A stretch of 64,000 bases of DNA from Lama guanicoe (Eukaryota): NCBI GenBank assembly GCA_013239625.1, contig MU054323.1:16000029-16064028 (forward strand). Direction: 5' to 3'. The translations under genes were made by a program, and so were the position numbers. The notes below the pieces were generated by a model. The model searched no databases and was not told where the DNA came from. It was given only the letters and a program-made list of their open reading frames with translations. Positions 36,500 through 50,130 of the stretch are shown piece after piece. How positions within the stretch are numbered: position 1 is the first letter of the stretch; each line of letters starts with the position of its first letter.

Positions 36500-37820
36500 C
36501 TTCCCTTTGAACACACTTTCCAGAGAGCGTTAATGCTCCAGGACTCTGGTTTCCCTCCCTCGTCCTTAGCCACCTTTGTAGTCTCCTCTGCCGAAGCCTC
36601 CTCTTTTCCCCAAACTCTTTATGTAGGAGGTTCTGCAGAGCTCAGTTCTTGGTAGTCTTCTCTTCTCGATCCATATGCTTACATACACAGGTATGTAATC
36701 TCATGGTTGTAATTGTCGTCTATGTGCCAAATTTATATCCGTAGCTCAGAACTCTCTGCCGTCAGACTTCAATACCCAGTTGCCTACTTGACCTCTCACC
36801 TTTGGGTGACTAATAAACATCTCAAATTTAGCATGTCCAAAACCAACTCCTGGTCTTCCCACAGTCCTGCTTCACCTGCTGCCATCTCTTACTCGTGTGG
36901 TGACAACTCAGTCCTCCCAGTTGCCTGGACCAGTAATACTGGGGTCTTACTTGACTTCTCTTTTTCTCTCACTACTCTTTTCCCCCTTCCAAGCCAGCAG
37001 CAAATCTTGTTGGCTCTTCCTTCAACATAAATTCAGAATTCAACCACTTCTCTTCACCTCCACTGCCCCTTCCAGTCTGAGCCACCATTTTCCCTTGCCT
37101 TAGCTAGAACAGTAACCTCCTCATGGGTTTCCTTACATTATCTTTGCTTCTCTCCAATTCATTCTCACACACCAGCCAGAATGATCCTGTTAAAAACACA
37201 TGAATTTTTGCGACTCTTCTGCTCGAATCCCACAGTGGCTTCCCATTTCGCTCAGAGTGAAAGGCAGAGTGATTTCAGTGGCCTGCCTTGCTGTTCCTCA
37301 TGCTCCAGCCCACCCCACCCTGTTATATCTGTCCTCGTTGGTTAGTCCCTTCTGGTTCATCCCTGCTGACCCAGCCACATCTGCTCCTTTCTGTCCCTTA
37401 GTCATTCCAGGAACACTCCTACCTCAGGGCCTTTGCTGCAGTTGGTCCTCTCTGCCTGGAAAGCTCTTACTTCGGTTACCTACTTGGCTCACTCCCTCAG
37501 TTCCTTCTTATCTTTGTTCAGGTCACATCCTTTCCATGAGGTTTCTGCCCACCACCCTATTTTATACTGGGATTTGTCCAACATCCCAATCCCCCTCTCC
37601 CTGGTATTTCTAGTTTTCCTTAATCAGCTATGCCATTTCTTCATCTTCACATATTGCATACATAAAAATTTTTTTATTGTATTTATTATTTATCATTCTG
37701 TCTCCCCACCTACTCCAGCTAGAATGTCAACTTCTCTAGGGCAGTGAACTTTGTCTAGTCTGTTCACAGACATATCACAAGAGCCTAGAACTGTGCTGAA
37801 CAATCACTCATTAAATGAGA
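36500..37820 (+). mobile_element. L2 LINE remnant
   Basis: L2 motifs (catctcaaatttagcatgtccaaaacc; cctcagggcctttgc). Similar L2 pieces lie at ~6000-6750, 20800-21390, 23040-23720 and 25040-25530. Confidence 0.75.
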
Positions 37821-38181
37821 AAAAATAATTTTAAAAAAACTATATGGAAAAATTAATTCACAGCCAAAGCCATGTTCAATAAACCTCAGTAAAGGCCTAT
37901 TCATTTTTTTTGCCGTACCTAAATTTGGACCATCTATCATAGAGGGGAAAATAAAGGAGTCACTGTTAGTAATAAATTGTTAAGTGTTATTTTATTTTTG
38001 TTAAATAAACAACCTAAGCACATATGCACTGTCTCTTTCCCCCAGCACTGTACCACGTATCTAGAACATTCTTTTTAAAAATTGAGTATATTTGTTCATA
38101 CAGCCAGGCTTTATGAATAAGTGCTCTATGTTGTAATTCATAATAAATCTTGCTATAGAATACCAGTAAGCATAATCTCAC

Positions 38182-38274
38182 CTCTTTCAGGTCTTCATAT
38201 AATATTAACTTCACATTTTCATCATCAAGATGTTTGTTCCAGTTAATTGCAAAATCAAAAGCTTCCCCAAGAAA
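38182..38274 (-). CDS. SULT6B1: SULT6B1 exon 5 (carries 2-bp deletion)
   Basis: 93 nt; VSWGS, then a shift; FDFAINWNKHLDDENVKLILYEDLKE is in another frame. Confidence 0.9.
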
Positions 38275-38667
38275 CTAAAAACACAGGGAAAAAAATAACT
38301 TCTTAAGGGATTTTAAATAATTGAGGTTAAAAATGATAGAAGAAAGAATAAAATGAGGATAAAGTGCTTAATTTGTTTGCTAAAATATAAAATATACATA
38401 TGTATATATGACCAAACAAGGTATTTATGAGATTACGAACCCCTGCTCTGAAAGAACTGGCAAAAGCCGGTCCTGTTATCAGATTTCTACTCGTTTTCTT
38501 ATTCTCACAAATAGTAACACAACTGAGCAAGTTGTAAAAATGGTTTCACAAAAACTGTAAGGCATTCATGAACATTTAGGTGACTAAAATAATTCAGAAA
38601 CAGTGAATAATACGTGAAAGCTGGTAGAAATAATGACAGAAAGAAATGGGACAGGTGTTTTCTAGAC

Positions 38668-39189
38668 CAGCATTATCCAATAGGAGTGTCATGCAAGCCA
38701 CATCTGTAACTTTAAATTTTCTAGTAGCCATGTTAAAAAAGGCAAAAAGAAACAGGTAAAATTAATTTTAATGTTTTCTTTTATTTACCTGGTAGATCCA
38801 AAAATATTACCGTTTCAGCATGTAATCAGCATAAGTAATTATTAATGAAATGTTACATATTGATTTTTATATTTTAAGTCTACAAAAGCCAGTGGGTTTT
38901 TTATACATACAGAAAATCTGAGTTTGAATTCTAAGATTTTGTTAAAAATACTTGTTGTGTGTTTAGACTTAATAAAATCTATGATTGAAAAAGTAAATTC
39001 ACACACTCAACTTGTGCCAGACATACTTAAAGGTTTTCAATAACTGAATTGAGTCTCTGTTTTAAAATGTAAATGTAAATAAATTCAAATAAAATAAAAT
39101 TTAAAATTTTGCTTTTTCACTTGCACTAATCACATTTCAAATACTCAGCTGCCACATGTGGCTAGTGGCTACCATGTTGGACAGTGCAG
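38668..39189. mobile_element. hAT-Charlie MITE (MER3/MER33-like)
   Basis: Imperfect TIRs cagcattatccaa / ttggacagtgcag; 8-bp TSD (t/a)tctagac. Confidence 0.75.
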
Positions 39190-39384
39190 ATCTAGACCTG
39201 GTTATCTGTGCTGCTTACTCGCTGTGTGACTTTGAGAAACTCCCTAAACCTCTTTGTACCTTAGTTTCCTCATCTGTAAAATGGGGTTATTATGAGTTTT
39301 AAGTGAATTAACACATGTCAGATGCTTAAAACAGTGCCTGACTAATAGTTCTCACTCAATAAATGTTAGCTAATATTATATCAT

Positions 39385-39452
39385 TAATAATAATGATAAT
39401 AATAATGATAATAATAATAATGATAATAATAATAATAATAATAATAATAATA
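39385..39452. repeat. (AAT)n microsatellite at the tail of a MIR (~39210-39370)
   Basis: Direct reading. Confidence 0.95.
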
Positions 39453-40861
39453 TTGTCACAGTTATTATCATCAACATCATTATCATGAAGCCCATGCTTT
39501 GAGCCAGGCAGTTTCTACATACCTTATTTATTGTGGAAAATATTGTAGGTTTCCTACCCAATATCCAATGCACCCCTTTCTTTGTTGCTAACCAAACTCT
39601 GATTAATTGGGTCTAAGCCAATCAGAGAAGTCTGTTTTCTACTTTTCTGCCTCCCTTAGAACTGTGATTGGTCATATGACATGATTCTGGCCAGTGAGAC
39701 ACACGCAGGGGTCTGCTGGAAGGTTTCTTGCAAACGGTTGCTGTCTTGATGAGCCTTCCTCATGATGTGAAGGTGATGCTCAGAGGGACAATAGCCAAGT
39801 TGAGAGAATGTTGCAAAAAGCATGAAGGAGAAGCCAAAGGAATGTCAGAGGAGCAGGCCCGACATCACTGGGCTGCTGAACCAATGATGATGGGTTTCTC
39901 ATCATTGAGTGTTCTCTTGTGTTATTAATGGGGTAATGTTTCAGACTTGCTTTAACTGCCTCCATTCAGTCTTAGTGAATGGTTACTAGACAAACCAAAG
40001 CTTTCTTACCAGTGCTTCGTAAGCACCTTCTATGCATGCGTTTATCTCCCTTACATTCCAATCCCCATATTTAACCTTTGTTAAGGACTCAGTGTTGTAT
40101 CCAGTGTCCATGCATGTGGAATGGTGTGGCATTGCTGTGCTGATCAACTTTAAAAGTGGTCTGTCCTTTTAGAGGGACTTGGTAACAACTTCTTCTTAGA
40201 GTCATTTGGCATTAATTCTTCCATGTACCACACCATAAAGACTCAACAGAGCCACTGTGAAAGGAGGCACTTATTAATTTCTGGTCACTCTACCCGTGGA
40301 AGTAGAGTCCCTGCCACTTACAAGCATTGGGACCATTGGCAAATGATTTAAATTTTCTGCTGGTAAATACTGCCTTATTCATAGTTTGTTACAGTCTTGA
40401 ATGAAGTATGTATGTATATTTGTAGGCACTTATAAAATTATAGTTATCAATAACCAAAGGTAAAACATCAACACGGTGTAACAAAAACTTATTTCCTTTC
40501 TGGCAAACAAGTATCTTCGGTGTAGTTGCTCATTGTCGTGGTATTTTTTGGTTTTTATCATTGTGTTATACTGAGGCTTATGGGACGTTAACTAGAAATG
40601 CTTTTGTACATGAATCTGTTACAAGCTTTTTTGTTTGTCCTTTGTTCAATGGTTATTTAATACTCATAGTCAACGTATGAATTCTCCAAATTATTTTTTA
40701 AAATAGTAATGTATCGTTTGATGCACAGAAAACTTCGTAACTTTCTGATTCCCGGATCTACCTTAATCTCCTTTCTTTCTTTATCCTAAAACACATTTGA
40801 GTTTCTGTGTTTATGTGATCATCTGTTGACGTGAGAAGGATTCTTTTACCAACAGCCATAC

Positions 40862-40988
40862 CTTGTCCTTTCATGAACTGTCTGAAGAATTCATCCCAAG
40901 AGCCATAGCTTGGAATATCAGGGACATCATTATGGAAATGGAAAAAAGATACTGCTGTGTCTTTAGGATTTCGAAATACCACCAATAT
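40862..40988 (-). CDS. SULT6B1: SULT6B1 exon 4
   Basis: 127 nt, ILVVFRNPKDTAVSFFHF... (3'-phosphate-binding motif RNPKD..VS). Confidence 0.95.
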
Positions 40989-43692
40989 CTAAGGAGAGAA
41001 AATTAAGTTGTTTAGGTTTAAGTTTTGTACTTTGGAAGAGTGAAAGGATGAGTATTATGCCATATTTTAGACCACCTAACTTGATTAGTGTATAGAGAAA
41101 GAAAGAAATTGAGGAACAGGAGGTGGCAGATGGGGAAGTCTGGGAAGAAAGGAGAAGAAAAGAAGAAAAAGAAAACTAATGTTACTGCAGAGAACTTACG
41201 CTTATGAGTTTAGACAGTAAAAAGTTGTATGTAGACAATGTAAAAAGGAATAAAGAGCAAGTTCACGAGAGCGTGATCTGAAAAGTTAACTCTCCTCCCA
41301 AAAGCAAAAATTGCAAACAACTTTAAGGACAACAAAAATAATGTTTAGAGTTTGGTGGGAGAAGAGCAGAGAAGGGCAGGCTTCAGGTGTGATGGGTGAT
41401 GTGGAGAAAGCAGAACCTCTGACTTCCCATGTTACATCTGTCTGCTCTGAGGAGGCATGGATTCATTTTTCTGAGTGAAAAGTGTGGGGGGAAAAAGTGT
41501 AAAGAGCAAACTGATACACCTGAACTAAAACAATATTGTAAATCAACTATACTTCAATTTGAAAAAAAAAAGCAAATTGAAACCCAAGAGAACCAAGTAG
41601 ACCACCTGGCTGCTCCAAGTGGGTTTGCCACCTCTGGCCTGAAGATCTCTTTTTCAAGAACTGAGGAAACTGGAGACTAGTATTGAGCACTCTTAGTAAC
41701 CTCTGAGAAAGTGGAGATAATGCACAGAAGTTCTGAAGGCTTAAAACAGGCAGCCATCCCTCCCCTTTCCGAAAGGTGCAAGGTCTGGGTTTTGCAGATT
41801 TGTGAACACAACCTCCATTTGGGAGAAGTTTTTGAAATTGACTAAATGGATGATTTGGGGGGTCACATAAAAGAGGAACTAGCAACCACCACAGGGCAAC
41901 ATGGGTTCTCTAAGAACAAGTCGCTTCTGACTGATGCCAGGTTCTCCTTGAACATAGTTTCTAACTTAGTAGATTTGTTGCTTCTGACTTCCTCTGCAAA
42001 GTGGAAGGAGGTTAAGCTGGAAGCGGAAGCAGTTAGGTGTGTAAACCTGACTTGAGTATTCAGATGCATAGGAGGCTGAATCCCTAATGTAAACCTGCCC
42101 GGGGGTTTTACTGGCATTTCCACTGTCCTGGCTAGACCACTGTCGACGTTTTAATGAGTGATTTTAGGTAAAGATGTAGAAGCTGTATTTATCAAGTTTG
42201 TAGATGACATGACACTGAGAGGAAATCAGGATCCCAAAATACCTCATGAGTCTAAAGACGTGAGCTAACGCTAACAGGAGACAGTGGAATAGCAATGAGT
42301 GGGCTGCGTCTGTGCCTTTGTTCAGCTCTAAAACTCACCTCTGCCCCAATCCAAAGACAGCAGATCCTTGTCACTTAGGGTCTTATATTTGCTGTTCTGA
42401 TTAGCACTCAGTAGTTGCCCTGGCTCGTAGCAATTTATAATTTTACAGACATAAATTTGAATGGTGAGGGCCAGCAGGCTGGGGTGTGTGGACAGATGCT
42501 CAGCACCAGCCTGCTACCTTGGCTGTCCCTTTTCTCTTGCCCTGCTGTTCTTGCAAACGTAAAGCTTTGTTCAGAAGCCTGCATGCTCCAAATCTAAATG
42601 CTTTCTACGTTACTTTAGCTCTGTGTCTTATGGAATAATTAAGGGAGAAAAAAAGAGTCACTGAGATTTGTGATTCTACTGAACTGTATTAAACTCAGGA
42701 AATTATAGGTTAAAGCGATCTTTCTGATTTGGGAAATTCTCAGTGTAAAGAAAAACCATTTTACAGAGCTGTCCGCAGCTGGCAGAGGGGATAGAGGATT
42801 CTCTTACAATTGGAGGTGTGGAGTGGTCCAGACAGCCACTTGGTGGCATTCAAACACCTAATGGGGCTTAGAGCAGACAACCTTCAAGGCATTTTCCAAT
42901 TCTGCTCCTAGAATTCTTGTACCAGGGAGGCTGCTAATTCTAAGCCTCCACTTCCTATTCTTCCTTCCTCTGTTATTTCCCCTTCTTCCTCTTACCAGTG
43001 TAGTTATCTTAACTGTTTTCTTCCTTTATCCTTCTTTGCTGTTACTGCACTGTCCTCCTTGCTTGTGGCGCTCAGGAGTTTAAAATTTTATTTTAATTAA
43101 TTCTAATTGTTTCCTCTGGAGACAGAGAATAAGGAATGGAGAGGAAACAAGGTGACAGAAAACAAAAAAAGGGATTGGGTCAAAACTACTAATTATGAAA
43201 ATTGATCAAAACTGGTTAATGAAACAAGATTTTCAAACGAATGATAAGAGCAGCCAAAGCACCTGTACTTAGGTATGCTTGATATGAAGTTTGATATTGC
43301 ATGTGAAATTCAGAAATATAATAGGTTTGGACCTCAGGTAAATAGTGCTCACCAGAAAGAACTGAAGGAACAATTTTTGCTCATTTTCCTGGGTTGTATC
43401 CTTTTGTTAAACACTCTAAATATCCTAATGCTGAAATCTATTCACTCTAAAAACAGGTTTTGAAGTAGGTTCCACTCTATGTATATATTTTCTGTCTTGG
43501 CTGAAAACGCATTTGATTTGAATGCAAATGTAACAAATACATCTGTAGAAAGGAACAGCAACAAAAGAAACACCAAATCGCACACATCATTTATTAAAAT
43601 TCTGTGCTGAGTAGCAATCTCAACCTCAGAAAGCCAATATTTATACTTTTAAAACTACAAACTGAAATGCCAGTAGGAAAGGACACACTCAC

Positions 43693-43782
43693 CTTGGCTT
43701 TATTCTTGAAGATGGACCTGGGTAATTTGTCGTAATGGAGGTGAGTTGCCAAAATCCTTGGCGATGGTAACTGTTTCATTCT
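43693..43782 (-). CDS. SULT6B1: SULT6B1 exon 3
   Basis: 90 nt, RMKQLPSPRILATHLHYDKLPRSIFKNKAK. Confidence 0.95.
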
Positions 43783-46700
43783 CTTAAAAATATATACAAT
43801 AAGGTGAAAGCATACGTGTTGTGTGTGTGTATAGTGAATTACTCCTAAGTTTAGTACCTGAATGGCAGTTTAAATTGTTATTGTTACTGTATCTTCTCCT
43901 TTTCTACATTCTCCTCCAGTTTTTATTTCTATTTTCTTACTTTGTGGGGATGAGGAATTGTGAATCGTAAGTAATTTATAACTTCTTTTTGAACTTCCTT
44001 CTTGAATCCTGCTTCCCACTGCATAATCTTTTTTTTTTTTTTCTTTTGGTCTTTTTCCTTTTTTCACAACCATACCAAATTCATTTTCTTCAAGAAGCTC
44101 AAAATTTTCAACCTACTCTTTCACTTAATGCAGATCTTTTCTTCATTCAAAGTCATTAACAGAAATGTTCACGTCTTTATAGCTCCTCCAAGTCCATGTT
44201 TAACATCTAGATCTTTTTTTTTAACCAATAAAATTCCACACAATCAAATATCCCAACAGAACCTGAAAGTGCCCAGAGTCACTTAAATATCTGAGAAATA
44301 ATTTACAGAAGAAATTCTTGTCATAAGGACTCCATGGTTGATTTTTTTTTTTGTAATCTACTTCTACTGGTAATTTAAAAAATTAACTTCATTAAAAAAT
44401 GAAGTTACCTGTTTAATCTGCTATGGTGAAGGATTTTATCTCAAGTACATGTTATGTCAGGGGTAAAAGCTTCAAAAACTCATTTCCATGCTTGCAGAGG
44501 TCACTCACTGCTTGGTCACATCATTTCAAATGATAAAATGGTATTTAGACATTTAGCCAAGTGTTCTGTAAAAATTTAGTGGAGATTCCCAACTCAAGCA
44601 AAGGAGCAAAAAATGACTCTGAAAAACATTAAAATCAATGCTATGGGTCCAAGTGGTGATTGATTAGTAATCATGATACTTGATTTACATCGAATTACAA
44701 TTTTAGCTTTGGAAGTGCTTTTACATTCATTCACAACAATCTTCTCAGGTAGATATTGTAACCCCCATTTTAGAGATTAACAGTAGGCTTTGAGGTTTTA
44801 AGTACTTTGTGCAAAACCACACAGATGGTAATTTTCAGATTAAGCGATAGGAGTGCCGTTTCTACTAAACTGAAAAGCCAAAAATCACTTAAAGACATGT
44901 GAGAAATGGTAAAGTTCCTAGAAGGATTAAAAAAATATCCAGGGGGAAAATGGAAGTTAATTGTAACAAAGCTAGATAAACAAACAGTATGTTTGTGAAA
45001 ATGTGTGATACAGCGAAACTCTAAGCAATGTAGAGACTAGATATAGATATATCTTGAGAAAATACGTGTATTTTAGAAATTTTTTTGTAAAATGAATAAG
45101 TGATGCTCATCTTCTCACTGATTTCCATTTTAAAATAAAAGGCACCCTATTGCATAGAAAAGTATTTTTGTGTATGATAAAATAGCAGTTAAAATACAAA
45201 ATGTGCCTTTAAAAATACCCAAAGAGAAAAAACCATTTTTGATACATTATAGATATCAAAAAAATTCAAAACCCAAAATACTATACCGAGTTAAAACATT
45301 TTCCAGAACCCTGGAGCTAGAATCCTATGTTTCACTCACCTTGTAGAACATTTTAATGCTAATTTAGATGCTTCTAGAAGAATTCTTTGGCTTTAAAAAT
45401 CATCTGGATCTTCTTACCAAGGCTGGAAAGCACAACTTTTTGTTTAATAATTAGAGCTAAGATTTAGAATGCGAGCACCCGAAGACAGAAGCAGGGCTTT
45501 GTTTTACCTTCACACTGAAGTACTTGGTGAAACAGAAAGAAACCTGGCCAAGGAGCAGGAGTACCAAGTTTCCATGAGGTGAAGGAGAGGTTCCAAGAGT
45601 ACTGGGTGCTCAAGCTCAGAGTCAGGTCTTGGCATGTCAAAATCTTGGTCAGGAATAAAAATTCTTCCCAGTGTCAGTAAGCAATAACCCAGGAAGTTCC
45701 CTCCTTACAAATGGTTTGTATTATAAAGCTTTGTTTGGAAATCAAAATGGAGAAACAATCATATAAACAACATAAAAATGTATAAGCCAGCATACCAAAC
45801 CCTGTTCCAATCTTAAGGGAAACCTGTTTATCTCTGATGGGTGACAACACAGGCAAATAAAATAATAGTGGTTATCTTGGTAGGGTGAGTAACAACAGGT
45901 AAGATCACCTGTGACCCACAGGGTAACACATTTTTAAAAGAGAAATTGGAAAGCTAGATAAATGTTAGCATTATCTTTAAAGGTGATGCTAAACACTCTT
46001 TAGAGAAAAAGTTATCCAGTGGCCTGGATAGCAGAAATCAATGAGGCTGTTCATTAGCCTGTCCATTTCTTACCTAGGTAAAAGCCTCTTTAAACTCTTG
46101 TGCACTCGTCCTGAGCCGGTCCTGGCCGAGCCTACCTCTGCTGTATTTATGACCTCCAGGCCCTAATGTGGCTGTTCTCTGATGCTCTGATGCCTTCTGA
46201 GGTTGCAGCCAACCAGAGCCAGGGGTCAGCACTTAACTCCCTACCCCACTCCCAAGTCCTTGAACACCTCATTTACAATGCATTTTTCTGTTGCTTTGTC
46301 CCAATCCATGGAAATGAGTTTTCTTCTACTAGGATCCAACTTTTAAGTTTGTATTTGTCATCATGCCAAGTGTCTCAGTCTCTTTTCAGATGCTGTTTCC
46401 TAACTCCCTAAGTGACTTTTTTAGAAACTGAGTTCTTCTGTCTGCCTGTTGGCAGTCTTGGTGGTGAACAAGTCTGAAAGTTTCATGGAGACTGTGGTTC
46501 CCCCTTGGATACAGTCCCAGATGCATTTCTGGTGTGTCTAGGTGTGGAGGGAGTGGTCCTCCTCTTGCCTGTTCTGTCCAAGCACTGAAGTCCTGAGGCA
46601 GATCCTTCCTCTCACCCTGTCCTTGCCTTCCCTGTCGTGGAGCCCAGCATCCTGGGTGACATCCAAGCCCCAGTTAGTTATATTGATAAGGTGAGTTTTA

Positions 46701-46977
46701 ACATGTGGTAAGGCAAGTAATAACAGGTAGGATGGATGACCTGTTATAACCTTCACACACACTCTTATAATTTAATTATTTGTAAAATGGTGATAATATT
46801 ATTTTGCAGTAAAAGGAGGTAATTCTTGAAAAGTGCTAGGATTACATGGTAAGCACACAATAAATTGCATATGTATCTGTGTTGTATTTTCCGAACTCAA
46901 AACTAAAAAAATTGTCCAGAGGGAAGAAACCTTTCTATGAGCATTTACTGTAAATTTAAAGGCTGTTTTGTACCAAC

Positions 46978-47090
46978 CTGATATTTTTCTGGGTCCCCAC
47001 ATTCAAGAACTGGGAACTCTGGATATTCATACTTTTTTTTAGGATCAGCAAATATTAATTCACTAATAATGTGGAGAATCCAATTGGAAC
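46978..47090 (-). CDS. SULT6B1: SULT6B1 exon 2
   Basis: 113 nt, (G)SNWILHIISELIFADPKKKYEYPEFPVLECGDPEKYQ. Confidence 0.94.
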
Positions 47091-48078
47091 CTATATGAAA
47101 AATCAGAGAATCAAAGGTCATTAAGGAGTTTTGGTATAACAAAGGCATGCTACTTTGGCATAAATGTCATGAAGATGAAAATCTACAACTATTCCCTGAT
47201 GTGTACAGTTGGTTCTTCTGCATTCAGAATAACTTGGGCTGTGGAAAAAAGCAGAGCTTTATGGAAAATAGCTTTTACTTAAAGTTAGTATAAAAATCAA
47301 ATTTACCTCTTTTCTCAAATTTCTCCTTTAACAAGAGGCAGTGCTTCTTTTTGAATCTAGAATATCTTCCTAATAGAACAATATTATGCTATAGACGTGA
47401 TCGTTTATTATATACCATGTGTTATTTTACCTTAAATTAATAAGCATTTTCTATAGGAGTATATAATTTTGATTTTATAAAAATCCAGCATCGATTAAGA
47501 AAAAGAAAAATATGAAATAGAGTTGGCATTAATAGAGATGAAATAACAGTTCTGAAATATCAAAAGTAGATTGTGTAAAATAGAGTAATTTAGATTCCTA
47601 ATGTCTTATTCTCCACTGATGAAGGACGTTGTAAAACTGGACTGGGAAACTTGAGAATTGGTATTTGATCCTAAAAAATAATCTATTACATGGAAATCAT
47701 AGAAGTGGATAGATGTGGCCGTGCTTGTCTTTGGTCAAAAATCAAGATTAAAATCTTGACTACTCTCAATGCTCTGTGGCAGCTGGACTTTCCTACATCC
47801 TACTTTTGTTTGCTAGCCCCACCATGCATCAACTTCTACACCCATCAGCTATCATGTTCTTTTCACACGGACCTCCTCCCTCAGACACTGGCATTTCTCG
47901 ATCTGGCAGTTCTAGTTACTGATTTTACAAGCTCTGTTCTGACCCATCTTGGCCATCCTCACGGATTTCTGGCTGGCTTTGTGCAGAGGTGAACTGCCCT
48001 CCTCCCACCTTCGCCTTGCACCTGCCCCACCTACTCACTATGAAAAAGGGCCCTTGTAGTAAAGAATTTGTTATTTAC

Positions 48079-48277
48079 CACACTTCGGATAAGATGCTAG
48101 CACTATGTCATCGCTTCTGGCTTCAAAGGCGTCCAAGGCTTGAAAAGTCTCTGAGGTGCACATGGTAATCGGGTAAGGAACCCCCTGATAGGTGAAAAAC
48201 AAATGAGATAGTGCCGTTTCTTTGGATTTTTCCAAAGCTTCATCAATGTAGTCAATAAATTTGGAGTTAGCAGCCAT
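48079..48277 (-). CDS. SULT6B1: SULT6B1 exon 1
   Basis: 199 nt, MAANSKFIDYIDEALEKSKE...DDIVLASYPKC(G): PAPS-binding loop. Confidence 0.95.
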
Positions 48278-48722
48278 GCTGACTCCCTGCTAATGAACCT
48301 GCTCTGTGGCCCAGGGGCAATGGTGGCTTTTAATGGAGTTTCTCAGAAAGTGGAATAAAGTGCTCCTCCCATTCACATGAGAAAGAAATAACTTAATTCT
48401 CATCCACCCCCATCTCCAGCTTTTTGCATACCTACCTCTGAGAAAAGGCACACCACAGGTGCAGAACAGGCTGAGGATCAGGGAAGGCTACCCCAAGGGC
48501 TGGATTATATTACCATCACAGGCAATCCTCCCAAGGAAGGTCAGAGTAGAATCTCTTAATAGACGATAATCTTTTTTTTTTTTTGATGATAATAGATCTT
48601 AAATATCTAACACATAGGTATTTAATTGAATCAGGTATATAATTTTCCTATTAGCTAAAAACAATTTACTGATGAAATCTCTCTCCTTGGTTGATGGTTT
48701 TGCACATACATCCAAAGTGTGA

Positions 48723-49197
48723 TGTAGGGGTGGAAAAATTGTCCCTTCTTCCTTTCTAGATTCTTTGGCTAGTCTAATAATTAAATTAATATATGATCAA
48801 CAGGGGGAAAAACAAAATTATATACTTAACGGGGACTCCATTATAATATGCAGACTCAAAGGCCACCAGGTAATTGAAGTTTATATAACATCCTGAGTTT
48901 AGGAAAGGGGTAGGGTCTTGGGGATGTAAAGGAAGGGAAAGCCACTCACAGGTAGGTAGAGGAGATGTTTGGAAAACTAGGGTTGCTGTGTTATGCAGAT
49001 AAGTTTTTTAAGTAAAAGTGTATCTCTGGTAATAGGTCTCTTCCTGGTAAAACCCTTCTTTCCAATCAGAATTTAGGCAATTGAAGGGGGAAGTAAAAAG
49101 CTTTCCCTGAATCTGCTGGATTTTTTATATTGCCTTTAGCTCAAAATAATCCTCGTGCCAAAGTAGCATTAGGGTGTCAAAACCTGGTCCCCTTCCA
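48723..49197. mobile_element. Probable solo LTR upstream of SULT6B1
   Basis: TG...CA ends with weak inverted termini (tgtagggg / ccccttcca), ~475 bp; family not identified. Confidence 0.5.
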
Positions 49198-49364
49198 TGA
49201 CAAGGAAGCAATGGAATTGCGAGGTGATTTAGTGACGTGGAAAAGAACCCGGGATGTGGAAGCAGTCCTAGGCACCAGGCTCATAACTGTCATTTACTGC
49301 CTCAGTAGACTTAGAAGTCTGCGGACCTGAGTTTAAATCTCAGCTCTACCACTTACTAGTTGTA

Positions 49365-50130
49365 TGGTTTTTTAAATTGAAGTATAGTTGATTTGTGTTA
49401 GTTTCAGGTGTACAGCAAAGTGATTCAGATATATATATGTATGTATGTGTGTGTACATATATGTATATACAATCTTTTTCATATTCTTTTCCATTAAAGG
49501 TTACTACAAGGTATTGAATATAGTTCCCTGTGCTGTACAGTAGGTCCATGTTGTTTATTTATTTTATGTTAATCCAAAACTCTTAATTTATCCCTCCCCC
49601 CGCCTTTCCCCTTTGGTAACCATAAGTTTGTTTTTTATATCTGTGAGTCTCTTTCTGTTTTGTAAATAAATTTATTTGTATCATATTTTAGATTCCACAT
49701 ATATGGTATTTGCCTTTGTGTATCTGACTTACTTCACTTAGTATGATAATCTCTAGGCCTATCCATGTTGCTGCAAATGGCATTATTTCATTCATTTTTA
49801 TGGCTGAGTAATATTCCATTGTGTATACCACAACTTCTTTATCCAGTCATCTATTGATGGCCATTAAGGTTGCTTCCATGTCTTGGCTATTGTAAATAGT
49901 GCTGCTATGAACATTAGGATGCATGAATCGTTTCGAGTTAGAGTTTTTATCTTTTCTGGATATGTGCCCATTAGGGGGACTGCTGGATCATATGGTAACT
50001 CTTTTTTCAGTTTTTTAGGGAAACTTCATACTTTTCTCCGTGGTGGTTTCACCAATTAACATTCCCACCAACAGTACAGGAGGGTTCCCTTTTCTCCACC
50101 CCCTCTCCAGTATGTATTATTTGTAGACTT
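49365..50130 (-). mobile_element. L1 3' end
   Basis: L1 3'UTR and ORF2-end similar to 30074-31212 but more diverged. Confidence 0.85.

Larger units (their letters stand above)
33254..48277 (-). pseudogene. SULT6B1: SULT6B1 gene model, frameshifted in this sequence (null allele, young pseudogene or sequence error)
   Basis: 7 exons of 199+113+90+127+93+157+131 = 910 nt, 2 short of an in-frame 912 (303 aa + stop). Confidence 0.6.
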
